This document shows, in pieces, positions 1 to 38,012 of a DNA stretch of 64,000 bases. Source of the DNA: the human T2T-CHM13v2.0 reference genome, Homo sapiens; assembly GCF_009914755.1 (NCBI RefSeq), contig NC_060931.1; one strand, written 5' to 3'. The first letter of the stretch is position 1. The number at the start of each line of letters is the position of its first letter. The translations under genes were made by a program, and so were the position numbers. The notes under the pieces are model-generated. The model worked only from the letters and a program-made list of their open reading frames with translations, was not told where the DNA came from and made no database searches.

Positions 1-1339
1 TGTTACTGTAGTAGAGTATTCTTGTTCTTTTTCTTACCCAAGAGTGAGCTGATCACAAACAAGTGATATCACACCTGGATCCAGGGTCTGCAGCTCCACC
101 AGGGCAGGTTTATTCTTTATTCCGATCATGCAGAGTTAGCTTGAGTCTCTCCTGCCTGGATAACCACGGGGGCTTCAGTCCAGGCTCACTGGGGACCTTC
201 TCACCAGCACCTGGGAGTCTTTGAGACATTTGGGGATGTGCTGTGCAGATTGGCACAGCTGTGTCAGGCTGACAGCAGGGTCTAATTCTGTTCCCATTTC
301 AGAGGAAGGGGAATGAATCATCCAGGATTTTTTCCTCCCCTCACAGAAGGAATCTCCTTGGTTGGTACCCAGATGGGTGTTTCTCCAGTTTTCTGGGTAA
401 TGAACGAGGAGCTCTGGAGACAGATCGATAAATCAATTGCTTCCATTAAAAATGAGCATTAGAAAAAACAGATAAGGCAGTCGCTATCTCTACAATCCTG
501 GCAGTTTCAGCCTAGAGCACATGGATAAATGGTTGAATTCAGAATTATGGGGTCAGTACAAAGAAGGGAGGTGTACAGGAACTTGGGCTTCCTTTGGGGC
601 CAATTCCCTTACATTGTTCAGAGTTGTTATGTCACCAGCTGAAGGGCTATTGATGCACAGAACGGTTGTTATTGTTATCATTATTTCTATTGCTTTTACC
701 TTGCTAAGAATACATGTTTAGCTTATAATTGTGCTAGAAAACCATAGGGGTTTTTGGTTAAATTAACATGTATGTATGTTATTATATGTTATAAAACAGA
801 CAGAAAATTGGCCAAAATAGATGACAATTCTACAAACTTCAAGTCAAGTTTCCCTTGGACAGACTTAGAAAAGACAGACCTGGAAATACCCCAGCAGCAT
901 AGAGATGAGAATCCTGTGGCCCCCTCGTTACTCTAGGGCTGCTTAACTCCATCCTCTTCTGAGGCCTCATCCAGGTCTTGCCCCACCCTGGAATCTCCCC
1001 TTACAGACTGATTAAAGGAGATCAGAGTTTTGAGTGGCGGCTTCTGCTGCCTCTCTAGAGCTGCTGCTCACAATTTCCTGAAAGCTAAAAGCAGATAAAT
1101 GAAAGAGAACTCTCTCTCTTTTTTTTTTTTTAAATTAAAACAAGTATTTCTAGAGACATATGCCACCTAGCAACCCGTTCTCTATTCCTGGAGATCCAGT
1201 AGTTGCCCTGCAAGTCACAAAAAAGTAAATATAAATATAACAATTCCTCTAAATTAAGCTTAACCATTCTTTTCTGTATCTCTCCTACTTGTCTAGTTAA
1301 AATTTTATTATATACATTTTCTTTTTAAAATCAGTGTTA

Positions 1340-1648
<309 letters not shown>

Positions 1649-1719
1649 TTAATGTTAGGAAAACAGAAGAAGAAACAGAAATGCTGGGCTTTTTATCTAA
1701 ATTCTGAGAATCATGGGAC

Positions 1720-1832
1720 ACTTAGTACCCACCTCCCATGGTATTATGAGGATTCACTCACATAATGTGAGGTTCCCAGCACTGTGCTCTGTAGCATACT
1801 GTTGAGCACACAGCATATTCTCAGTAAATACT
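1720..1832 (+). mobile_element. MIR fragment
   Basis: gtacccacctcccatggtattatgaggattc...ctcagtaaat resembles the MIR core/3' end. Confidence 0.6.
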
Positions 1833-2044
1833 GCACTGATGCATGTACATATGTTCTTTTCCAAATGCAGACTCACTCAGACATTGCTGCCTTCTCCAGC
1901 CTCTTTAAACTTTAAAGGCCAGCAGAGAATGCTATGCTTCAGGATGGTGATTGGTGGTTTTCACTTTGGACCATAAGCATCCGTATTGTGGTAAGAGTGT
2001 TGGGTTGAGTGACTCAGTGCTGTGCCTGCTTTCTCCACCTGAGT

Positions 2045-2102
2045 GCTACTGATGATGGGTCTGGGGGAGCAGCATGAGCATTAACAGGGGACTTACTAAA
2101 AA
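2045..2102. mobile_element. MER5-type (hAT-Charlie) fragment, first half of an element split by the inversion
   Basis: agcagcatgagcattaacaggggactt matches one MER5 end; its continuation lies reverse-complemented at ~6893-6988. Confidence 0.55.
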
Positions 2103-2405
2103 TAGGAAGAATAGGAAGATACAGACAAATATTTCTTATTTGTCTCACGTGTATGAGGAATCTAAAAGGTTGAACTCCTAGACGCAGGGAGTACAAAGGT
2201 GGATACCAGAGCCAAGAGGTAGGGAAAATGGAAGATGTTGTTTAAAGGGTACAAACTTTTAGTTATAAATAAGGTTCGTGAATCTAATATATAGCATCAT
2301 GATTATAGTAGATAATAATGTTTTTGTATACTTGATACAATAAAGGAAACTATGTAAGATGATACATGTATTCATTAACTTCATTGAATTAATTATTTCA
2401 CAACT

Positions 2406-2870
<465 letters not shown>

Positions 2871-2914
2871 TCACAATTTATATACATATTAAGTGCTCAT
2901 TTAATATGGGCACA

Positions 2915-3699
<785 letters not shown>

Positions 3700-3817
3700 C
3701 TAAACTAGAGTAGTGAGTATCCTTTTGTGGATGAGACAGCATAAAATTTAGCGCATTAACCCATGCATATATATTTTTTACTGATATATTTACATTATAC
3801 AGGCTAAGTTATGAATT

Positions 3818-6261
<2,444 letters not shown>

Positions 6262-6581
6262 AAAACTTGCATCTTGAGAATATTCCTGTAAAGGCATCAA
6301 CACAACCCCTTCACCTGCTACCACTGCACCCACAGGCAGAAGGATGTAGAAGTGCATAAAAAGTCACACTTCTCTGTCTTTTATCCCAGGAGAGAGTCAG
6401 GAACAGTGAGCTCCTACATAAAGATCAACATTTGTTTCTCCTTTCCCTCCTGCAAGTGCCTGTCTCTGCCAAAGATTTCAGTAATTTCTGCTGCAGCAAT
6501 GGGAATAATGGCTGCACTGGCCTGCTTCTATCAAACCCAAGCAGAGCAGGGTCTGCAACTTCCCTTTGAAACAAGGGCTGA

Positions 6582-6668
6582 CGGGAGGCGGAGGTTGCAG
6601 TGAGCCGAGATTGCGCCACTGCACTCCAGCCTGGGTGATGACAGCAAAACTCCATCTCAAAAAAAAAT
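6582..6668 (+). mobile_element. 5'-truncated Alu (last ~85 nt)
   Basis: cgggaggcggaggttgcagtgagcc...ctcaaaa; imperfect TSD gaaacaagggctga/gaaataaggggcga. Confidence 0.9.
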
Positions 6669-6989
6669 AGAAATAAGGGGCGAATTCAGTTCTCAAGAAT
6701 GTCTCTAGGAGCCCTCAGGCATGATCCTGACCTCACATTAGAACCACAAGGGCACTTAATTAAAACAACATAGACGCTCCCATCCAGATCAACAGACATA
6801 ATCTGTGAGGAGGCATGGGTGATGGGACTTTTTTAAAACTGGCTATGTAATCCTAATTAGAAGTCTGGGCTAAGAGCCACTTAGCTAAGCATTGCCTCTC
6901 AAGCTTCAATGTGCATATAAATCATTTGTTATTCTGGGGCCTACTCTAAGTGATGAGTAGGTGAGTCCATAAGTTAGCTTTTTTAGTAT

Positions 6990-10665
<3,676 letters not shown>

Positions 10666-11144
10666 CCCAATATGGTTTCACTTTCTATTTTTCTGTCTTT
10701 CAAATTTGTCTGTAATTTTAGATTCAAAGGTTCAAAACAATATACTGTAATTTACATGTTACGTAAGAAGTTAATTAGATACTAGGCACTCCTTATTTAT
10801 TAAAATGTTCATTTGTAAGTTTTATAGTAGCCAGAAATACATCAAGATTTTCATTTTCTCAACCTATATCGAAATTATTATATAATTTATTCCAAAATTT
10901 TTATTTTATATATCAGTGACTCATGTTTTCAACATACACATTTTTACTTTATTTAGAAGTCTAAGGCTTTTTTTTTTTTTTTGCTTCTAAAGACTGGATT
11001 GCAGACTTTTAATTTTGTGTAAAGATAGCATCAGTATATTAATAGTAAGAAATTATCTTTACTGTCTTTAAATGCTTATTAAAATTTTCTTATTAGAGCA
11101 TTTTCTTATTGACTGTAGTGCATTTTCTGTAAAATTTTACTGCC

Positions 11145-11903
<759 letters not shown>

Positions 11904-11934
11904 TAAAATAAATAAATAAATCAAGAATAAAAAG

Positions 11935-12323
<389 letters not shown>

Positions 12324-12839
12324 TTATCTAGCAAAATTATTTCTTAATAGTACATCAATGTAGCCTACAGAATTTTATGGGTAAATGTTTCTCTTATTTT
12401 TGTTGTACAATTCATATTACTGGGTTTCTCTTTTAGGGTAGATTCCTTGACATCAGTTTATTGTGTTTTTGGTTTTACTTATGCATTATAGCTTTGGATG
12501 ACAATTTGCAACTCTATATATGCACTTTAAGTTAATGTGGGGCTTAATTAGAAAATGAATCCACCAGATGGCTGTCATTCTTAAATTACACATATGAATG
12601 TGCATGTTGTCTATAAATATGACCCCAACTTTGTTCATAGCTTATCTTATATATTTTTTCTTGGCTGATCTTTTATGTTTTTTTATCTTGTCTAGGTGAG
12701 TAGTCAGGAAAATAATCTTAGTTTTACTGTGTGTTTGTTGATGAATTTGTATTTTCTCTATGTGAAACAATTTTGTGATTTGAAGGTAATTTTTGGATAG
12801 CTTTATAACTCTGATTTTTTTAGTTATCCTTTAAGAAAA

Positions 12840-15195
<2,356 letters not shown>

Positions 15196-16354
15196 TAGAT
15201 TTTTTTTATTTTTTAATTTTGTGGGTACATATTAAGTGTATATATTAATGTGTTTCTTGAGTTTTTTTTTTTACAGGCCTAAAGTGTTTAATAATGACAC
15301 CAGGGTAAATGAGGTATACATCACCTCCAGCATGTACTATTTTTTTGTATCATGAATATTCCAATTATACTTTTTTAGTTATTTTGAAATGTACAATAAG
15401 TTATTACTTACTGTAGTCACACTGTTGTGCTATCAAATACTAGATCTTATTCATTCTAATTACAATTTTGTACTCATTAATCATCCCTCCTCACTACCCT
15501 TCTCTGCCTCTGATAACTATAATCTACTCTTCATCTTCATGAGTTCAGTTGTTTTAATTCTTAGATCCCACAAATAAGTGAGAACATGCAGTTTTTGTCT
15601 TCCTGTACCTGGCTTATTTTACTTAATATAATATCTTCCAATTCCATCCACTTTGTTGCAAATGACAGAATCTCATTTTTTATGGCTAAGTTGTACTTAT
15701 TGTGTGTACACAATAATATTGTGTGTGTGTATGTAGTACATTTTCTTTATTCATTTCTCTGTTGATGCATACTTAAGTGGATCCCAAAACTTTGCTATTG
15801 GTAATAGTGCTGCAATAAACATGGGAGGCCAGATATCTATTCAATATACTAATTATTTTTATTTTTTAGTATGTATACCTAGAAGTGTGAATGCTGGATC
15901 ATATGGTAGTCCTATTTTTAGTTCTTTAAGGAACCTCCATACTGTACTTCATAGTCACTGTATTAATTTATATTCCCAGAAACAGTGTATGAGAGTTCAC
16001 TTTTCTTCACACTTTCAGCAACATGTATTATTGCCTGTCTTTTGGGGAAAAGTCATTTTAGCTGGAGTGAGATGATATCTCATTGTAGTTTTGATTTGCA
16101 TTTCCCTGACAATCAGTGATACTGAGCACCTTTTTATATACCTGTTTGTCATTTATATGTCTTCTTTTGAGAAACAATTATTTTATCCAATCTTAATGGA
16201 ATTAATGCATTTTTTTCATAGCATTTTTAAGTACCTTATATATTCCTGTTATTAGTCTCTAGTCATATAGATACTATGCAAATAGTTTTCCCATACTGTG
16301 GGTGGTCTCTTCACTTTGTTGATTGTTTTTTTTTGCAGTGCAGAAGCTTTTTAA

Positions 16355-17800
<1,446 letters not shown>

Positions 17801-18773
17801 ACAATGCTACTACATTTTGTATGTTGATTTTGTGTGCTGCAGTTTTACTAAATTTTTTTATTAGTTCTAATAGTTTGTTTTGATGGAGACTAGGTTTTCC
17901 AAATATAAGATTATATCACCTGCACGCAATATTACTTTGACTTCTTTCTTCCTTATTTGAATGCCCTTTCTTTCTCTTGTGCGATTGCTGTAGCTACAAC
18001 TTCCCTGACTATGTTGAATTAGAGTGGTAAAAGTAAGCATCTTTCTTTTGTTCCAAATCTTAGAGGAAAGACTTTCAGTTTCTCCCCACTTAATGTAATT
18101 GAGACGTGGTTCTATCATATATGGCTTTTGTCATGGTGAAGTGTGTTCTTTCTATACCCAGTGTTTTTAGGGTTTTCTTATGAACCAATGTTAAATTTTA
18201 TGACGTGTATTTTAAGCATTACTTAAAATGTTCATAAGGATTTGTCTTTGGTTATGTTCATATAATGTATCACATTGATTGATTTGTGTATGTTGAACCA
18301 TCTTTTTATCCCTCGAATAAATTCCAATTGGTCATGATGAATGATCTTTTTATTTATTTGTTTATTTTTATTTTTTTTTACTTTAAAAGTGGTTTTATTT
18401 TATGTGCAAATAATGAACAGATATTGTACCCATAAATTCTACTTTACAAAAACAGGAGTTTTTTTTTAAAAAGAAAACCAGATAATAACTTTTAGAAGGC
18501 ACTGGGATTCCTCTGCTTCTAGATCATTGCTAGACTAGAAAAATAAAGTTTGTTCTGCCAGGAATCACAAGTTAGAACTGAGTATCCTCCAAAGTGGAAA
18601 GTCTAGAGTGTAGTGCCATTTATTCAGTTCTCATTCCCAACTTCCACAACTACCTATCAGAACGGTTAAATCAGGTCAAAACAGTCCAGCATAATTAGAC
18701 TTCATCAAACAATGCCGTTATGCTTTTCTAAGATGCAAATAAACCAGAACAGGATATACTAAAATCAAAATAA

Positions 18774-19122
<349 letters not shown>

Positions 19123-19423
19123 ATATCCCCCCTTTTATAACATTAATAAAGGGAATATTTTACTGCAAAGAATATTTTATTTTATACATCGCTAGCCATG
19201 AATTTTTGCCATTAGTTATTACACAAATGCCACCTAGTGCCACTGTCCAAATGGCAGAACTATTTTACGTCTACAATTCACTTCTATAGTTGTAAGTAGA
19301 ATTTTCATGGTTTACATAAATACATCTATCAGTGAAGATTTAACACTGGAATGCAATCTAACATCCGTAATATCTGATGTTTTGTAGATAGCAATGTAGG
19401 AAAGATATATTTTAATCACTTTT

Positions 19424-19545
19424 CATTTAAGTGACCTTATGTAAAAAATAAACCAATTTAAGTGACCTTATGTAAGTGACCTTATTTAAGTGATCTTATG
19501 TAAAAAAGAAACCATTTAAGTGACCTTATGTAAAAAATAAACCAA
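19424..19545. repeat. Imperfect tandem repeat (31-bp unit built on a 13-bp core taagtgaccttat)
   Basis: Five cores visible directly. Confidence 0.9.
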
Positions 19546-20384
19546 TATCCATTTTCAAATGTATATAAATGGTTACAGAGATTTTTAAGAAGCATCTTTC
19601 ATGTCCACATCCTCTTGTAACTGCTGTACCATTTTCTCTTCCAGCTGCTTCCCTTTGCCTGCAAGCCTCAGATAAGATGGATGTTTTGATTGACTTCTTT
19701 GATGTCCTGAACTTTCTGTAGCTCTTTCTTTTTCTTCAATCTGTTCATTATAAATTTAGCTTAGTGTTTCTGTTTGATCATCTCTTTAACTCACTTTATT
19801 GCATCAATAGTTGTATTCCATAGCTCTCGCTGGTATTTGATAGGTTCATTTCTACGTTTTTCAAATTCAAATTAACTATCCACTGTAAGCTCTTTACCAG
19901 CTGCTTTCTGAGTGGAATGCTTTGGTCCACCTAATTTTGCGAGGATTGCACTTCTTTTTAAAGTTTTTATGACATTTAGATTTACGAAATCTGAACACCT
20001 TGCAATCATTGCGGATGAACATCATGCCATGGCCAGGGTAGGTGGGCCCCAAACAGAAATAACATATCTCGACATGCATGTCGAACCCGCGGGTCCCTAC
20101 CGACCGAATGCCAAGCTTGAGAGGAAGTTGAATGATGTTTTTAATGTGTTGTTGAATTTGGTTTTCTAGTATTCTCTTAAGGATTTTTACAATGATGTTT
20201 ATCAGAGATATTGGCCTCAGAGATATGTCAGTTTTCCCTGCTCTTGCACAGCCTTTCTCACCTGTCACTATGTAAGATGTGCCTGCTTCCTTTTCTGCTG
20301 TGATTGTAAGTTTCATGAGGCCTTCCCGGCCATGCTGAACTACGAGTCAATTAAACCTCCTTTGTTTATAAATTTCCCAGTCTT

Positions 20385-21010
20385 GGCCGGGCGCGGTGCC
20401 TCACACCTGTAATCCTAGCACTTTTAGGAGGCTGAGGTGGATGTATTACCTGAAGTCAGAAGTTTGAGTCCAGCCTGGCCGACATGGCGAAATCCCATCT
20501 CTACTAAAAATACAAAAATTAGTCAGTCATGGTAGCGGGTGCCTGTAATCCCAGCTACTCAGGAGGCTGAGACAGGAGAATCACTTGAACCTGGGCGGTG
20601 GAGGTTGCAGTAAGCCAAGATTACACCACTTCACCCCAGCGTGGGCTAAAGAGTGAAACTCCGTCTCAAGAAAAAAAAAAATTACCCAGTCTCGGGTAGT
20701 ATGTTTTTTGTTTGTTTGCTTTGTTTTTGAGATAGGGCCTTGCTCTGTCACCCTGGATGGAGGGCAGTGGCATGATCTTGGCTCACTGCAACCTCTGCCT
20801 CCCAGGTTCAAGTGATTCTCCTGCCTCAGTCTCCTGAGTAGCTGGGACTACAGGTGTATGCCGCCATGCCCATCTAATTTTTGTATTTTTAGTAGAGACA
20901 GGGTTTTGTCGTGTTGGCCAGGCTGGTCTCGAACTTCTGACCTCGGGTGATCCACCTGCCTGACCCTCCCAAAGTGCTGGGATTACAGGCATGAGCTACT
21001 GTGCCTGGCC
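20385..21010. mobile_element. Tail-to-tail inverted Alu pair (20385-20681 +, 20703-21010 -)
   Basis: Each copy has its own TSD; spacer ~20 bp. Confidence 0.93.
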
Positions 21011-21518
21011 TCAGGTAGTATCTTTATAGCAGTGTGAAAATGAACTAATACAGGAAATTGGTACTGCATAGAGTAGGGTACTGCTATAAGGATACTTGAA
21101 AATGTTGAGATGACTATGGAACTGGGTAGTGGGCAGAGGTTGTAGGAATTTGGAGAGCTCAGAAGAAGACAGGAAGATGTGGGACAGTTTGGAGCTTCCT
21201 AGAGACTTGTTGAATGATTTTGACCAAAATGCTGATAGTGATGTAAACAATGAAGTCCAGGCTGAGGTGGTCTCAGATGGAGATGAGGAACTTATTGGGA
21301 CCTAGAGTAAAGATCACTCCTGCTATGTTTTAGCAAAGAGGCTGGTGGTATTTTGCCCCTGCCCTAGAGATGGTGTGAAACTTCGAACTTCAGAGAGATG
21401 ATTTAGGATATCTGGTGGGAGACATTTCTAAGCATCAAAGCATTCAAGATGTGACCTGGGTTATTCTGAAAGCATTCAGTTTTATGCATTCACAAGGAGC
21501 TCATTTAAAATCGGAACT

Positions 21519-22050
<532 letters not shown>

Positions 22051-23392
22051 GAAATGCCTAGCTGTCTAGGCAGAAGTTCACTGCAGAGGTGGACCCCTCA
22101 TAGCAAACCTCTGCTAGGGCAGTGTGGAAGGGAAGTTTGGGGTTGGAGCCCTCATACAGAGTCAGCACTGGAGTACTGCCTAGTGGAGCTGTGAAAAGAG
22201 GGTCACCATCCTCCAGACCCTAGAATGCTAGATCCACCAACAGCTTGCACCACGCACCTCAAAAAGCCAAAGACACTTAATGCCAGCCTGTGAAAGTAGC
22301 CAGGGGGCAAGGGCTGTACCCTGCGAAACCACAGGAGTGAAGCTCGCCAAGGCTGTGGGAGCCCATCTCTTCTTTCCTCAGTGTGACCTGGATGTGAGAC
22401 ACGAAGTCAAAGGAGATTATTTCAGTGCTTTAAGATTTAATGACTGCCCCACTGGATTTCAGACTTAAGTTTGGCCCGTAGCCCCTTTGTTTTAGCCAAT
22501 TTCTCCCATTTGGAATGGGAGCATTTATCCAGTGCCTGTACCTCCATTGTATCTTGGAAGTAACTAACTGGCTTTTAATTTTACAGGCTGCTGGGCAGAA
22601 AAGACTTTCCTTTTCTCGAATGAGACTTTGGACTTGGACTTTTGGGTTAATGCTGGAATAAATTAAGACTTTGGGGAACTGTTGTGAAGGCATGATTTGT
22701 TTTAAAATGTCAAAGAGATATGAGATTTGGGAGAGGCCAGGAGTGGAAGGATATAGTTAGGCTTTGCATCCCCACTCATATCTCATCTTGAATTGTAATC
22801 CCCAGGTGTTTACGAAGAGACCTTGTGGGAAGTGATTTGATTATGGGGTGGTTTCCCCCATGCTGTTCCTGTGATAGTGAGTGAATGCTCATGAGACCTG
22901 ATGGTCTTATAAGGCAGTTTTCCCTGTTCTTCCATGCTCTAGCTCACCTGCTGCTGTGTAAGACATGCCTACTTCTGCTTTCACCATGATTACAAGTTTC
23001 CTGAGACCTCCCCAGCCATGCAGAACCGTAAGTCAATTAAACCTCCTTTGTTTACAAATTACCCAGTCTTGGTTAGTATTTTTATAACATTGTGGGAATG
23101 GACTAATACTGTCTGTTTTGTTAAAAGACTAAGTTTCAATTGGGAGCCAAGATGACTGACTAGACACAGCCAGGGGAAACAACTGACAAGACACTGAGAC
23201 ATTGAAATTTCCATCCCATTCTGAGCCTATCTTCAGATGAAATGCATTGCAAGTGGGCAGAGGGAGGACACAGATGCTGGAAACCCTTCATGGTGTACCA
23301 AGTACTAGGAACTTAAGTCCACTTTTTCTGAGCCCCGCAAAACATCAGAACTTGCTCAGGGATTGCCATCATTGTGATCTAGACTGCCGGGG

Positions 23393-23700
<308 letters not shown>

Positions 23701-24391
23701 TAGACTGCCTTTTATATTTACTTAAAATTCCAGAGCACTTTAGCCTGAGGGGCTAGCCACAACTCAGGTACCAAGTGCTGGGATAAATAATTTTCTTCTG
23801 TCTGGGGCTGATCAAAGTGCTCCCGCCATGGGCAATGGCCAAATTCTGCCTTGGATTACTTCCTACTAAAACAGGGCAGCACTGAGTTCCAATGCAAAGT
23901 TCAACAATCCCTTGCTGTCCTTCCCCTAAGCACACAAATTCTCTCTTTGTGCCACATATTTACTGCTGGGAAATGAGGGATAAGTGGTGTAGGAAATTCT
24001 AGACTGTCTTTCCTACCCTCTTCAGTACCTCTATTTTGTTAAAACTGGGTACTGTAATTACTCACCTAATTTTTGGTTGTTGTGAAGGTGCTTTCTTGTG
24101 TGAATAGTTGTTCAATTTGGTGTTCCTATATGGGATGATTGCTAGAGGGTTCTAATCAGCCATCTTGCTCCACCTCTGTCTCTCTTCCTTTTTACCATTA
24201 TGAAATGACAATCTTAGTCTCCTGTGACAGTTGTTTACTTAATGTGTATTTTGTCTAATATAATTAAGACTACTTTACCAAATTGTGGTTATTATTTGCA
24301 TGGAATATGTTTTTCCATCCTGATACTTTCGGCCTATTTAACTCCTTAGAGCTAATGTGACCCTATTGTGGAAAGCATATTGTAACATCTT

Positions 24392-25638
<1,247 letters not shown>

Positions 25639-26157
25639 TGAATTCCTTTAGCTATTGTATTTCTTTTCATTAAAGATTTTAGTCCATTTATATGTAACAT
25701 AATCTCTAATGGAAAAGTTACTATTACCATTTGGTTTGTATTTTCTTTCTGTGTTTCCTGTGGATATGTTTTTCTTCATTTGCTCTGTGTCTTCATTTTT
25801 TTTGGCGATTTTGTAGTGACATGCTTTAATTCCTTTCTCATATTTTTGATATACTTTCTATAAGATTTTTATGATCATCTTAAGAAATGCAAAGTATATA
25901 AAACATTAAATTTATAACTATATTCTAATAAAGTTACTTCAATTAAATCATAACTATACATCTTTACATCTGCCATTTTATTATTAATGTCACAAATATT
26001 TTATTTCTTATCAACAAAGATTTATGCTTTTTTTATTTTTTCAAATTCTGTAACATTTTAAAAACTTTATGCACCATTATTATAATAGTAGCAAATTTTT
26101 TATCTGTCTAAATATTTCCCTTAAAAAAGAGTGTTATATTTTCCTATGGTTTTATGA

Positions 26158-27667
<1,510 letters not shown>

Positions 27668-28342
27668 GGAATTGGTTCTTGAGAATTTGAGCTTTATTTC
27701 TCTTGTGGCCACAGAGAAAAATTTTCTACCTATGCTTATAATGTTCTTAAATCCTTAAAGGTTTCTCCTGTCCATCCAATGATTTTCCAGTGCATACACT
27801 GTTAGAGCCAAAGTCCTCTTCTTATCTTGGGAGGGCCTGCATGATCTGACTGCCCTTCCATTGCTTTTGGAGATCTGTGGCAATCTGTGCATATTTTCTG
27901 AGACCTGTATGTTATTTTTAATGTTCTGTTTGTGCCTTACGTCAAAATCGTTTGAGGAATAATGGAGAAATTGAGATTTCACTCAGAAATTCCAGAAACA
28001 CAGGGACAGATGTCATATGTTTTTATCTTTGTAATTTCCACTTAATAGAGTTTTCATATGTGATCTTAAAGAAAATCAGACTTTGACTTTTCATCATAGC
28101 ACAAAGCATCTTACTAAATGTGAGAATAATTATCAATTTTATTTAAAAAATTTATATTAGAAGAAACTCAGCTTAGAAATTTAAACTCCATATGTTTAAT
28201 CCCTCTAGTGTAGAATATTTTTATGTCTACTCACCTCAGGAAATTCATAAAGAAACTAATGTCAAAGAGGAACTTGGATGATTACCCAGCATATAGTAAA
28301 TTTTAATTGTTACTTATTTATAATAACTTTATTTTAAAATTA

Positions 28343-28699
<357 letters not shown>

Positions 28700-28789
28700 T
28701 CACTTTGTAATCTGAAATATGCCAGATTTGCCTGTAATTCTAGATTTAAAAGTTCTGAAATAAAATTGTTGATTTTACATGCTTTTTTA

Positions 28790-32975
<4,186 letters not shown>

Positions 32976-33426
32976 TAACATGCTTAAGTTTATATGTCAT
33001 ATAAAAAGTAAATTAAATAATTTTTATTCACCCTGCACCTATTAAAATGTTCGCTTCCTATGTTTATTGCATGCAAAACATTATTAGCATTTTTCATCCA
33101 CTTTTTTTACCCTTCACATAAATGATAATACAATTTATTCTTAATTGTTCCTTTAATATATGTTTCATACTGTATTTTATAATATTCATAGTGCTTCTGC
33201 ACTTCGAAATAAAAGGCTTTTAGTTACTTCTTAAGGCTGGATTATAGCCTTTCCAGTTTGTGTAAGAAAAGCAGCAATATATTAATAACAAAGAAGTTTT
33301 TCTGGTATCATTTTATGCTTATTCTTTAAAATTTTTTTATCAAAGTTTTTACTAAATAATCATAATGCATTTTGGTGAAATGTTATTGCCATCACTGTGA
33401 TATTAATAATTTAAAAACTGTGCTCT

Positions 33427-37991
<4,565 letters not shown>

Positions 37992-38012
37992 AATATTTAT
38001 TTATTTTGAGAC

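Noticed and set aside
19424-19545. CRISPR-like array
   Set aside because: There are no unique spacers; it is a slippage repeat inside a eukaryotic retrocopy.
23132-23310. Possible sense L1P 5'-end promoter (gggagccaagatgactgactagacacagccagg)
   Set aside because: Short, decayed and CpG-depleted; neither the subfamily nor any activity can be supported by eye.
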